Source: Comamonas sp. (GTDB lineage Bacteria > Pseudomonadota > Gammaproteobacteria > Burkholderiales > Burkholderiaceae_C). From it: a stretch of 64,000 nucleotides of DNA. The stretch's first letter is position 1; every line of letters begins with the position of its first letter. A program made the position numbers and the translations under genes. The notes beneath the pieces were generated by a model, which worked only from the letters and a program-made list of their open reading frames with translations, had not been told where the DNA came from and ran no database searches. Below are positions 13,785 to 21,553 of the stretch, in pieces. The DNA lies in the NCBI RefSeq assembly GCF_036643215.1, contig NZ_JAVXSJ010000001.1:219531-283530 (forward strand). The letters run 5' to 3'.

Positions 13785-15007
13785 CGATGAACCAGATAGC
13801 CAATACCGATATCGACACCGACGCCAATGCACTTCAAGAGGTCACCGAAGAGCTTCAGCCCACCACCCGCCTGCAGCGCTGGCGCATGGTGCTGGGCAGC
13901 CCGGCCGATGCCAGCTGCGGCGGCGTGACGGGACGCTTGCAGGAAATGGACCAGACGCTGGCTGCGCTGTATGAGGAAGACAGCAAGCTCTCCTCCCGCA
14001 AGGGCGGGCGCGGCAATTCATCGCCATCCGTTTCGCGCTGGCTGGGCGATATCCGCAAGTACTTTCCTAGTCAGGTGGTGCAGGTCATGCAGCGCGACGC
14101 CATGGAGCGCCTGAACCTGCGCGAGTTGCTGCTGCAGCCCGAGATGCTGGAGAACGTGCAGCCCGATGTGCATCTGGTGGCCGATCTGATCTCGCTGGGC
14201 TCGGTGATTCCGCAAAACACCAAGGCCACGGCCCGTCTGGTGGTGCGCAAGGTGGTCGACGAGCTGATGAAAAAGCTGGAAGAACCCATGCGCAGCGCGG
14301 TAAGCGGGGCGCTGGACCGCAGCCAGCGCAACCGCCGCCCGCGCCATGCCGAGATTGACTGGAACCGCACCATCCGCGCCAATCTGCGCCACTGGCAGCC
14401 TGATTACCAGACCATCGTCCCCGAGACGCTGATTGGCTACGGCCGCAAGGCGCGCCGCCCGCAGCGCGAGGTGATTTTGTGCATTGACCAAAGCGGCTCC
14501 ATGGCCAACTCGGTGGTCTACTCCAGCATCTTTGGCGCGGTGATGGCCAGCCTGCCTGCCGTGGCGACCAAGCTGGTGGTGTTTGATACGGCGGTGGTAG
14601 ACCTGACGGAAAAGCTGGACGACCCGGTGGATGTGCTGTTTGGCGTACAGCTGGGCGGCGGCACGGACATCAACGGCGCGGTTGGTTACTGCCAGGGCAT
14701 CATCAGCGAGCCGCGCAACAGCATTCTGGTGCTGATCTCTGACTTGTATGAAGGCGGCGTCGAATCCGGCCTGCTGCGTCGGGCCAATGAGCTGGTCGAG
14801 TCTGGCGTGCAGTTCATCACGCTGCTGGCGCTGAGCGACGAGGGTGCGCCGGCCTATGACGCTGATCTGGCGGCCAAATTGGCTGCCTTGGGCGTGCCAT
14901 CGTTTGCCTGCACGCCAGACGCCTTCCCGCAACTGATGGCTGCCGCCATTCGCCGTGACGATGTGGCGGCCTGGGCGGCGACGCAGGGCTTCAAGACCAG
15001 CAAATAA
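13781..15007 (+). CDS. VWA-domain protein (YehP/CoxE-like)
   Basis: MIDAS motif DQSGS, GGTDI and LISDLYEG; IDWNRTIRANL linker; overlaps the DUF5682 stop. Confidence 0.88.
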   Translation: MTMNQIANTDIDTDANALQEVTEELQPTTRLQRWRMVLGSPADASCGGVTGRLQEMDQTLAALYEEDSKLSSRKGGRGNSSPSVSRWLGDIRKYFPSQVVQVMQRDAMERLNLRELLLQPEMLENVQPDVHLVADLISLGSVIPQNTKATARLVVRKVVDELMKKLEEPMRSAVSGALDRSQRNRRPRHAEIDWNRTIRANLRHWQPDYQTIVPETLIGYGRKARRPQREVILCIDQSGSMANSVVYSSIFGAVMASLPAVATKLVVFDTAVVDLTEKLDDPVDVLFGVQLGGGTDINGAVGYCQGIISEPRNSILVLISDLYEGGVESGLLRRANELVESGVQFITLLALSDEGAPAYDADLAAKLAALGVPSFACTPDAFPQLMAAAIRRDDVAAWAATQGFKTSK

Positions 15008-15035
15008 AAAACAGCCTGCAGTTGCAGGCTGTTTT
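15008..15035. terminator. Bidirectional intrinsic terminator between the VWA gene and a convergent small ORF
   Basis: aaaacagcctgca-gt-tgcaggctgtttt perfect inverted repeat. Confidence 0.75.
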
Positions 15036-15046
15036 GATGGGGTGGC

Positions 15047-15256
15047 TTAGTCCGCCAGAACCAGGCCAAGCTTGGCCAGCTTGCTGGCCAGCACATCGCG
15101 TCGGCGAGCGGCTTTGTTGGCCGTCTCGGTCACGGTGGCGATGGTGCGGGGGCCTTTGCCAGCAGAGGCCTTGATCAGCTCCGCCTTCTTGGCGGCTTCA
15201 GCCGCGACTTTTCGGTAGCTGGCGATCAGCTCGGCGTGTGCAATAGGTTGGTTCAC
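15047..15256 (-). CDS. Small basic helical hypothetical protein (~69 aa)
   Basis: GTG start giving MNQPIAHAELIASYRKVAAEAAKKAELIKA...; typical codon usage; faces the bidirectional terminator. Start is uncertain (ORF track gives 15295). Confidence 0.5.
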   Translation of the reverse strand: MNQPIAHAELIASYRKVAAEAAKKAELIKASAGKGPRTIATVTETANKAARRRDVLASKLAKLGLVLAD

Positions 15257-15401
15257 AGGATGTCCGTTCAATAAGAGCGCCCATTGTCGTTGCAAAACGC
15301 ACCAAGAACATTTTTAGCCGATGTGAATGGCAAATTCCTGTCGCAGTGCCGACGCGGTTTAAAGGCATGATGGCAGCCATTGAAACCAACAGGGGAGTGC
15401 G

Positions 15402-16415
15402 ATGGCGGGTGCCGGCCTTTTGATGCTGCTTGACGATATTGCAGCCTTGCTTGATGACGTAGCGTTGATGACCAAGACCGCTGCAGGCAAAAGCACGGCG
15501 ATTCTTGATGATGTGGCCATGCAGACCAAGGTGGCCATGCAAAAAACCGCCGGTGTGCTGGGTGACGATCTGGCGCTGAATGCCGAGCAGGTCACAGGCG
15601 TCAAGGCCAGCCGAGAGTTGCCGGTGGTCTGGGCCGTGGCCAAGGGCTCGTTATGGAACAAGGCCATTCTGGTGCCTGCCGCCTTGCTGATCAGTGCGTT
15701 TGCACCTTGGCTGATTACGCCACTTTTGATGGTCGGCGGGGCTTTTCTGTGCTTTGAGGGCGTGGAAAAAATTCTGCACCTTTTCCACAAAAAGCAGACG
15801 CACAGCGAAAAAGAAGTTGTGGTCGATGCGCAGGAGGCTGCTCTGAAAGGTGTGGCTCCGTCATCAGTTCGCGCTGCGCGTGAGCAGCATATGGACCCGA
15901 TGGAGTACGAAAAGCAAAAGGTCAGCGGCGCGGTGCGTACCGACTTCATTTTGTCAGCCGAAATCATGGCGATTGCGCTGGGCACGGTCTCCACTAAACC
16001 GATCTGGGAGCAGGGCGCTGTGCTGGTTGCAGTGGCTCTGGCCATTACGGTGTTTGTCTATGGCCTGGTGGCCGGCATTGTGCGTATGGATGATGTGGGC
16101 GGCTGGCTGATGGCCAAGAGCAGCAGCACCGCCAAGGCACTGGGCCGGGGCATGATTGCCTTCACACCATGGCTGATGCGCGGCCTGTCGATTGTGGGCA
16201 CGGCGGCCATGTTCATGGTGGGGGGCAGCTTGCTGGTGCATGGCATTGCGCCGATTGAGCATTGGGTACAGGCAGTGGTGATTCCCTTGGGCGGCATGGC
16301 TGCAGCGCTGGGCCCGGTGCTGGTGCATGTGGTGGTGGGCGCTGTCATCGGCGGTGCGGTGGTGCTGTGCGTCGAGCTGTGGCATAAGCTGCGACCTGCA
16401 AAGACCGTGCTTTAA
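15402..16415 (+). CDS. yedI: DUF808-family inner membrane protein
   Basis: LLDDIA.LLDDV...KTAGVLGDDLALNAEQV, RELPVVWAVAKGS, GAVRTDFILSAEI. Confidence 0.85.
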   Translation: MAGAGLLMLLDDIAALLDDVALMTKTAAGKSTAILDDVAMQTKVAMQKTAGVLGDDLALNAEQVTGVKASRELPVVWAVAKGSLWNKAILVPAALLISAFAPWLITPLLMVGGAFLCFEGVEKILHLFHKKQTHSEKEVVVDAQEAALKGVAPSSVRAAREQHMDPMEYEKQKVSGAVRTDFILSAEIMAIALGTVSTKPIWEQGAVLVAVALAITVFVYGLVAGIVRMDDVGGWLMAKSSSTAKALGRGMIAFTPWLMRGLSIVGTAAMFMVGGSLLVHGIAPIEHWVQAVVIPLGGMAAALGPVLVHVVVGAVIGGAVVLCVELWHKLRPAKTVL

Positions 16416-16455
16416 ATTTAATAGCTAGCACCGCTGATTCAGCAATGGTTTGCGC
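16408..16455 (-). repeat. REP-like palindrome copy (degenerate) at the yedI stop
   Basis: Reverse complement ...gaatcagcggtgctagctattaaatttaaagc. Confidence 0.5.
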
Positions 16456-16468
16456 TGTATCAGACATC

Positions 16469-16506
16469 AAAGCGGGCGTGGCCATTGGGCAACGCCCGCT
16501 TTTTCT
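16469..16506 (+). terminator. Intrinsic terminator after yedI
   Basis: aaagcgggcgt...acgcccgcttt hairpin with a T tail. Confidence 0.7.
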
Positions 16507-16527
16507 TTGGCGGAGTCGGTGGACAGG

Positions 16528-16541
16528 TTGACTTGGGACAA
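16528..16541. promoter_or_regulatory. Possible FNR/CRP-family site upstream of ompW
   Basis: TTGAC-TTGG-GACAA, 7/10 match to TTGAT-N4-ATCAA; ompW/oprG genes are known to be FNR/ANR-regulated elsewhere. Weak match. Confidence 0.3.
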
Positions 16542-16625
16542 ACCCGGAAGCAGGTGGCTTTGTTTCAATCAATGCCAAGGGATGCAAACAAGTGCTCCCA
16601 CCGATTTACTCAAGGAAAAAAGCCC

Positions 16626-17222
16626 ATGAAAAAGACTCTGATCGCGATTGCCGCCGCTGCCAGCGCACTGACTGCTGGTACCGCTTTTGCGCAATCCTTT
16701 GATGGCAGCAGCCCCTGGCAAGTGCGCGTGCGTGCCTTGCATTTGAATAGCGATAACGGCGGTGCTGCTGGTAATGCGGGTCTAAGCATCAACAACAAGT
16801 GGATGCCTGAAGTGGACGTGTCGTACTACTTCACGCCCAATATCGCGGCTGAGCTGGTGCTGACCTATCCGCAAAAGCAGGACGTGCGTTTGGATGGCCA
16901 GCATATTGGCTCGCTCAAGCACCTGCCCCCCACCTTGCTGGCGCAGTACCACTTCACCAACTTTGGCGCATTCAAGCCGTATGTGGGTGCTGGCGTGAAC
17001 TACACGCGCTTTTCCAGCGTCAATTTGCCTCAAGGCGTGAGCATCAAGAAAAACAGCTTTGGCGGCGCGCTGCAAGTCGGTTTTGACTATGCGCTGGACA
17101 AGAACTGGTCGGTGAACTTTGACGTGAAGAAGGTGTTCATCGACACCAATGTCACTGCCGGCTTTGGCAAATTCAAGGTTGACCCATGGCTGGTCGGCGT
17201 GGGTGTGGGCTATCGCTTCTGA
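16626..17222 (+). CDS. ompW: OmpW-family outer membrane protein
   Basis: Signal peptide MKKTLIAIAAAASAL, HLPPTLLAQYHF, PYVGAGVNY, C-terminal DPWLVGVGVGYRF. Confidence 0.93.
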   Translation: MKKTLIAIAAAASALTAGTAFAQSFDGSSPWQVRVRALHLNSDNGGAAGNAGLSINNKWMPEVDVSYYFTPNIAAELVLTYPQKQDVRLDGQHIGSLKHLPPTLLAQYHFTNFGAFKPYVGAGVNYTRFSSVNLPQGVSIKKNSFGGALQVGFDYALDKNWSVNFDVKKVFIDTNVTAGFGKFKVDPWLVGVGVGYRF

Positions 17223-17359
17223 TAGAGCCACAGTAAAGAGTGATCTTGTCTCCGGACCTTCTGCTGGAGATGAGGCTCACGCACCGCAAGCTCTGTGGTG
17301 CACTGAGGCTGGCAGGTCTGCATGACCGGCTGGCTTCAGAGGCTAGGGTGTATGTTTAG

Positions 17360-17396
17360 ATCGGTATTCCGCGCAGGCGGGGTACCGATTTTTTTT
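17360..17396 (+). terminator. Intrinsic terminator ~140 nt after the ompW stop
   Basis: atcggta-ttccgc-gca-ggcgggg-taccgat followed by a T run. Confidence 0.75.
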
Positions 17397-17625
17397 GACG
17401 TTGATGCATTGGCTGACAAGTATTGCTTCTGTCAGCACCGTTGCATGGTGATGCGGTACAAAGAGTGCTGGCTTCAGTCCTACTTTGGCCGCTTGCTGGC
17501 GGCGCTAGGCTGATGACTACCCGGCACCCGCGCGATTTTGACCGCGCTCTGCCGGGCTGGCGACCAGACTTGGCAGTGATGGTGCGGGAGCGGTCTCGTG
17601 CGATCAGCCTTTCAGGAGGATCAGC

Positions 17626-18693
17626 ATGCGCGCGGTACCAGACAGACAGGCAGCGTCTATCGAGTTTCTCTCTCGTGCCGGGCGCATTCCCTTGCCCCTG
17701 GCGTCTTTTCAGGCTCCGTCTCAGCGTCAGGGCGGGGATTGCGATGTCCGGGCAGCCACGCAGCATCCGCAGGATGCCCAAGCGGCGTTGCGACATGAGC
17801 TTGCGCAAGGTCTGATACAGCAGCAGGCACAGATCTCTCCCAAGTTTCTGTACGACGCGCGCGGCTGCGCCTTGTTTGAACAGATTACGCAGCTGCGCGA
17901 GTATTACCCCACGCGCACCGAGGCGGCGATCATGGCGCAGCACGAAGTCGATATGGCCGAAGCCATGAGTGGCTGCCAGGTACTGATCGAGCTGGGTGCT
18001 GGCAATTGCGAGAAGGTACGGCGTTTGTGCCGTAGTGTTGCACCGCAGCAATTTGTGGGCGTGGATATTGCGGTGGAGTTTCTGCAGCAGGCCGTTGCAC
18101 GGCTGGGGCAGGATTTTCCGCAGATGACGGCGCGTGCCGTGGCCGCCGACTTCACTGCCGACTGGCATTTGCCGCCAGACGTGCCGCAGGCCCGGCGCGA
18201 ACTGTTTTATCCGGGCTCTTCCATTGGCAATTTTGATACGCAGCAGGCACTGCATATGCTCAAACATATGCATTCGCTGCTGAATGGCGATGGAGGGCTG
18301 CTGATCGGTATCGATCTGCCCAAGCCGCTACCTGTTTTGATAGCTGCTTACGATGATGAGCAGGGCGTTACGGCCGAATTCAATCTCAATGTGCTCAGCC
18401 ATGTGAATCGTTTGCTGGGCAGCGACTTCAATCCCGAGGACTGGGAGCATGAGGCCCGTTTTGACACCCGGCATTCACGCATAGAAATGCATTTGCGTGC
18501 GCGCCACGCCGTCATGGTGTGTTGGCCACAGGGCGTGCGCTACTTTGCGCAGGGCGAGACCATTCATACGGAAAACAGCTACAAGTACCCCTTGTCTGAT
18601 TTTCTCTCCATGCTGAGGGCTGCGGGTTTTGGTGCAACCCATGTCTGGACCGATGAGCAGCAATGGTTTGCCGTCATTCATGCCCATGCGTGA
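17626..18693 (+). CDS. egtD: L-histidine N-alpha-methyltransferase (ergothioneine pathway)
   Basis: ISPKFLYD.RG..LFEQITQL.EYYPTRTE, IELGAG, PGSSIGNF, YDDEQGVTAEFN, IHTENSYKY; RBS CAGGAGG. Confidence 0.9.
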   Translation: MRAVPDRQAASIEFLSRAGRIPLPLASFQAPSQRQGGDCDVRAATQHPQDAQAALRHELAQGLIQQQAQISPKFLYDARGCALFEQITQLREYYPTRTEAAIMAQHEVDMAEAMSGCQVLIELGAGNCEKVRRLCRSVAPQQFVGVDIAVEFLQQAVARLGQDFPQMTARAVAADFTADWHLPPDVPQARRELFYPGSSIGNFDTQQALHMLKHMHSLLNGDGGLLIGIDLPKPLPVLIAAYDDEQGVTAEFNLNVLSHVNRLLGSDFNPEDWEHEARFDTRHSRIEMHLRARHAVMVCWPQGVRYFAQGETIHTENSYKYPLSDFLSMLRAAGFGATHVWTDEQQWFAVIHAHA

Positions 18694-20020
18694 AGCTGTT
18701 GATCAAGGACTGCAGCCCATGATGCCTGCGCATGCCGGTCAGCCCGACTGGGCTTCACTGGCTCTTCAGTATGAGAGGGTCCGCGCGCATACGCAAAGGC
18801 TGGCCGCATCGCTGTCCGCTGAAGATGCCTGTGTGCAATCCATGCCCGATGCCAGCCCGGCCAAGTGGCATCTGGCGCATAGCAGCTGGTTTTTCGAGAC
18901 CTTTGTTCTCTCTGCGCACCAGCTTGGGCATAGCCCTTTTGACGCCAGCTTTCGCATGCTCTTCAACTCCTACTACCAGCAGGTAGGCGCACGCCACCCT
19001 AGAGCCCAGCGCGGCTTGCTGACAAGGCCGCCTCTGACTCATGTGATGGCTTACCGCGCGGCAGTCGATGCACAGATGCAGGCGCTGATGGCCGGGATGA
19101 ACATAAGGAGTGTGGTTGAGCAGCGGGCCGCTGCTCAGATCATTGCCCTGGGCTTGCAGCACGAGCAGCAGCATCAGGAGCTGCTGCTGACCGACATCAA
19201 GCATTTGCTGTCTTGCCACCCTCTTTGGCCTGCCTATGCTTCAGACGGTTTGGCGAATGCGATTGCTGAAAGTGCTGCCACCAACCTTTCATGGCAATCG
19301 ATTGAGGCGGGGGTCTATGCCATAGGTCACGCCGGCAGTGGCTTTGCGTTTGACAATGAAATGCCAAGACATAGCGTGTATGTGCAAGCGGCGCAGATTG
19401 CACTGAGGCCGGTGAGTAATGGAGAGTATTTACGCTTTGTGCTGGAGGGGGGCTACAGCCAACCGCAATGGTGGCTGTCTGAAGGCTGGGACTGGTGCCA
19501 GGCACAGCAACTGAGCCATCCTTGGTACTGGCGAGCCCTTGAAAATGGTTCAGGAGCAGAGGGCTGGCAGGAGTTTAGCTTGCATGGTGCGACTGCGCTG
19601 GATGTGCTGAGGCCGGTTTGCCATCTCTCTTACTTCGAAGCCGATGCCTATGCGCGCTGGGCCGGTGCGCGTCTACCCACAGAAATGGAGTGGGAGGTGG
19701 CAATGGGCGGGCATGCTTGGCCTGAAGTTTTGTTGGGTGCCAACCCAAGCCTGCATCCAGAACCGATGACAGGCGACCTTGCACCCGTCATCGGTCAGGT
19801 CTGGGAGTGGACCCAATCGTCCTATGCCGCCTACCCGGGCTTTCGCGTGGCCGATGGGGCTGTAGGTGAATACAACGGCAAATTCATGGTCAACCAGTAT
19901 GTGTTGCGCGGCGGCTCTTGCCTGACGCCCGCCGGTCATGCACGGCTGACTTACCGCAACTTCTTTCCGGCGACAGCACGCTGGCAGATGACGGGGCTGC
20001 GTCTGGCACGCGACGCATGA
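18686..20020 (+). CDS. egtB: Ergothioneine biosynthesis sulfoxide synthase (DinB_2 + FGE-sulfatase domains)
   Basis: QSMPDASPAKWHLAH..WFFE, HEQQHQELL iron ligands, YNGKFMVNQYVLRGGS; overlaps the egtD stop. Confidence 0.9.
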   Translation: MREAVDQGLQPMMPAHAGQPDWASLALQYERVRAHTQRLAASLSAEDACVQSMPDASPAKWHLAHSSWFFETFVLSAHQLGHSPFDASFRMLFNSYYQQVGARHPRAQRGLLTRPPLTHVMAYRAAVDAQMQALMAGMNIRSVVEQRAAAQIIALGLQHEQQHQELLLTDIKHLLSCHPLWPAYASDGLANAIAESAATNLSWQSIEAGVYAIGHAGSGFAFDNEMPRHSVYVQAAQIALRPVSNGEYLRFVLEGGYSQPQWWLSEGWDWCQAQQLSHPWYWRALENGSGAEGWQEFSLHGATALDVLRPVCHLSYFEADAYARWAGARLPTEMEWEVAMGGHAWPEVLLGANPSLHPEPMTGDLAPVIGQVWEWTQSSYAAYPGFRVADGAVGEYNGKFMVNQYVLRGGSCLTPAGHARLTYRNFFPATARWQMTGLRLARDA

Positions 20021-20066
20021 GCGTCTCGCGCCAGCGCTTTAACAGCCTGCGCGCCGCAGAGTTTGC

Positions 20067-21344
20067 TTAAACCTGTTCGAGCGCCTGATTCAAATCGGCC
20101 AGCAGGTCGTCGATATGCTCAATGCCCACCGACAGGCGCACCATGCCCTCGGTCACGCCGGCCTTGGCCAGCTCGGCAGCATCCAGCTGGCGGTGGGTGG
20201 TGGATGCCGGGTGCGTGGCCAGTGACTTGGCATCGCCAATGTTCACCAGGCGGGTGAACAGCTGCAGCGCATCCAGAAAGCGTGCGCCAGCAGCGCGGCC
20301 TTCGTCCCCCTTGAGGCTGAACGACAAAATGCCTGAGGCGCGACCGCCCGATTGCTTTTGCACAATGGCGTGATCGGGGTGGTCCTTCAGCCCGGCATAG
20401 CGCACCCATTCCACCTTCGAGTGCTTTTGCAGCACTTCTGCAATCTTTTGCGTGTTCTCGCAGATGCGGTCCATGCGCAGAGCCAGCGTCTCAATGCCTT
20501 GCAAGATCTGGAAGGCGTTTTGCGGCGAGATAGCCGCGCCCATATTGCGCAGCGGCACCACACGGGCGCGGCCAATAAAGGCGGCCGGGCCCAGTGCTTC
20601 GGTGTAGACCACGCCGTGATAGCTGACGTCGGGCTCGTTCAGGCGCTTGAAGCGGGCTTTGTGCTCGGCCCAGGGGAACTTGCCGCTGTCCACAATCGCG
20701 CCGCCTACGCTGGTGCCGTGGCCGCCTAGGTATTTGGTGAGCGAGTGCACCACGATGTCGGCACCAAACTCGATAGGTCGCAGCAGGTAGGGCGATGGCA
20801 CGGTGTTGTCCACAATCAACGGCACGCCGTGGGCATGGGCCACATCGGCCAGCGCGCGGATGTCGGTCACATTGCCCAGCGGGTTGCCTATGGATTCGAT
20901 GAACACGGCCTTGGTTTTGGCGTCTATCAGTTTGCCAAAGCTGGCCGGGTCGCGCGGGTCGGCAAAGCGCACTTCAATGCCTTGCTGCGGAAAGGTGTGG
21001 GCAAACAGGTTGTAGGTGCCGCCGTACAGCGTGCTGGCGCTGATGATGTTGTCGCCAGCTTCGGCCAGGGTCTGGATGGCTGCCGTGATGGCGGCCATGC
21101 CCGATGCCAGGGCCAGTCCGGCGATACCGCCTTCCAGCGCCGCTACGCGCTTTTCCAGTACGTCGGTGGTGGGGTTCATGATGCGGGTGTAGATATTGCC
21201 CGGCACCTTCAAATCAAACAAATCCGCGCCATGCTGGGCACTGTCAAACGCATAGGCCACCGTCTGGTAGATGGGCACAGCCACGGCCTTGGTGGTGGGG
21301 TCGGGCGAGTAGCCTGCATGTACGGCGAGTGTCTCTATGCGCAT
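20067..21344 (-). CDS. metY: O-acetylhomoserine aminocarboxypropyltransferase (sulfhydrylase)
   Basis: YTRIMNPT, HSLTKYLGGHG (PLP lysine), NIGDAKSLATHPASTTH, VRLSVGIEH. Start refined to MRIETLAVHAG. Confidence 0.9.
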   Translation of the reverse strand: MRIETLAVHAGYSPDPTTKAVAVPIYQTVAYAFDSAQHGADLFDLKVPGNIYTRIMNPTTDVLEKRVAALEGGIAGLALASGMAAITAAIQTLAEAGDNIISASTLYGGTYNLFAHTFPQQGIEVRFADPRDPASFGKLIDAKTKAVFIESIGNPLGNVTDIRALADVAHAHGVPLIVDNTVPSPYLLRPIEFGADIVVHSLTKYLGGHGTSVGGAIVDSGKFPWAEHKARFKRLNEPDVSYHGVVYTEALGPAAFIGRARVVPLRNMGAAISPQNAFQILQGIETLALRMDRICENTQKIAEVLQKHSKVEWVRYAGLKDHPDHAIVQKQSGGRASGILSFSLKGDEGRAAGARFLDALQLFTRLVNIGDAKSLATHPASTTHRQLDAAELAKAGVTEGMVRLSVGIEHIDDLLADLNQALEQV

Positions 21345-21553
21345 GTGTCTCTTTCGGTTGGTTACTTGAAGGCCTGAGTAAATACCAAGGCCTCGCAGAT
21401 TATGGGTAGCCAGCTGCGTCAAAAGAACGACCTAATTGCTATGTGCTTATGCCAGCGCAAACCATGACCTTTGAAATTGAAATATTCAGTGCTTTGTGTA
21501 ATGGAGAATTGCTGACAAAATAATTCACAATTTCTTACACCAAGACTGCCCTC

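Noticed and set aside
17244-17275. TCCGGACCT resembles the reverse complement of the SRP (4.5S) RNA core
   Set aside because: The flanking conserved GGAAGGAAGCAGC context is not in the required order.
17423-17815. 130 aa ORF overlapping the egtD leader and start
   Set aside because: It has no motif, overlaps egtD out of frame, and egtD has its own strong RBS.
17626-20020. Possible selenoneine (senABC) or ovothiol cluster
   Set aside because: There is no SenB glycosyltransferase or SenC selenophosphate synthetase nearby, and the EgtB-like protein lacks the C-terminal methyltransferase domain of OvoA.
21345-21553. SAM or SAH riboswitch upstream of metY
   Set aside because: I found only a short AGGCCT-N12-AGGCCT palindrome and no recognisable aptamer consensus.
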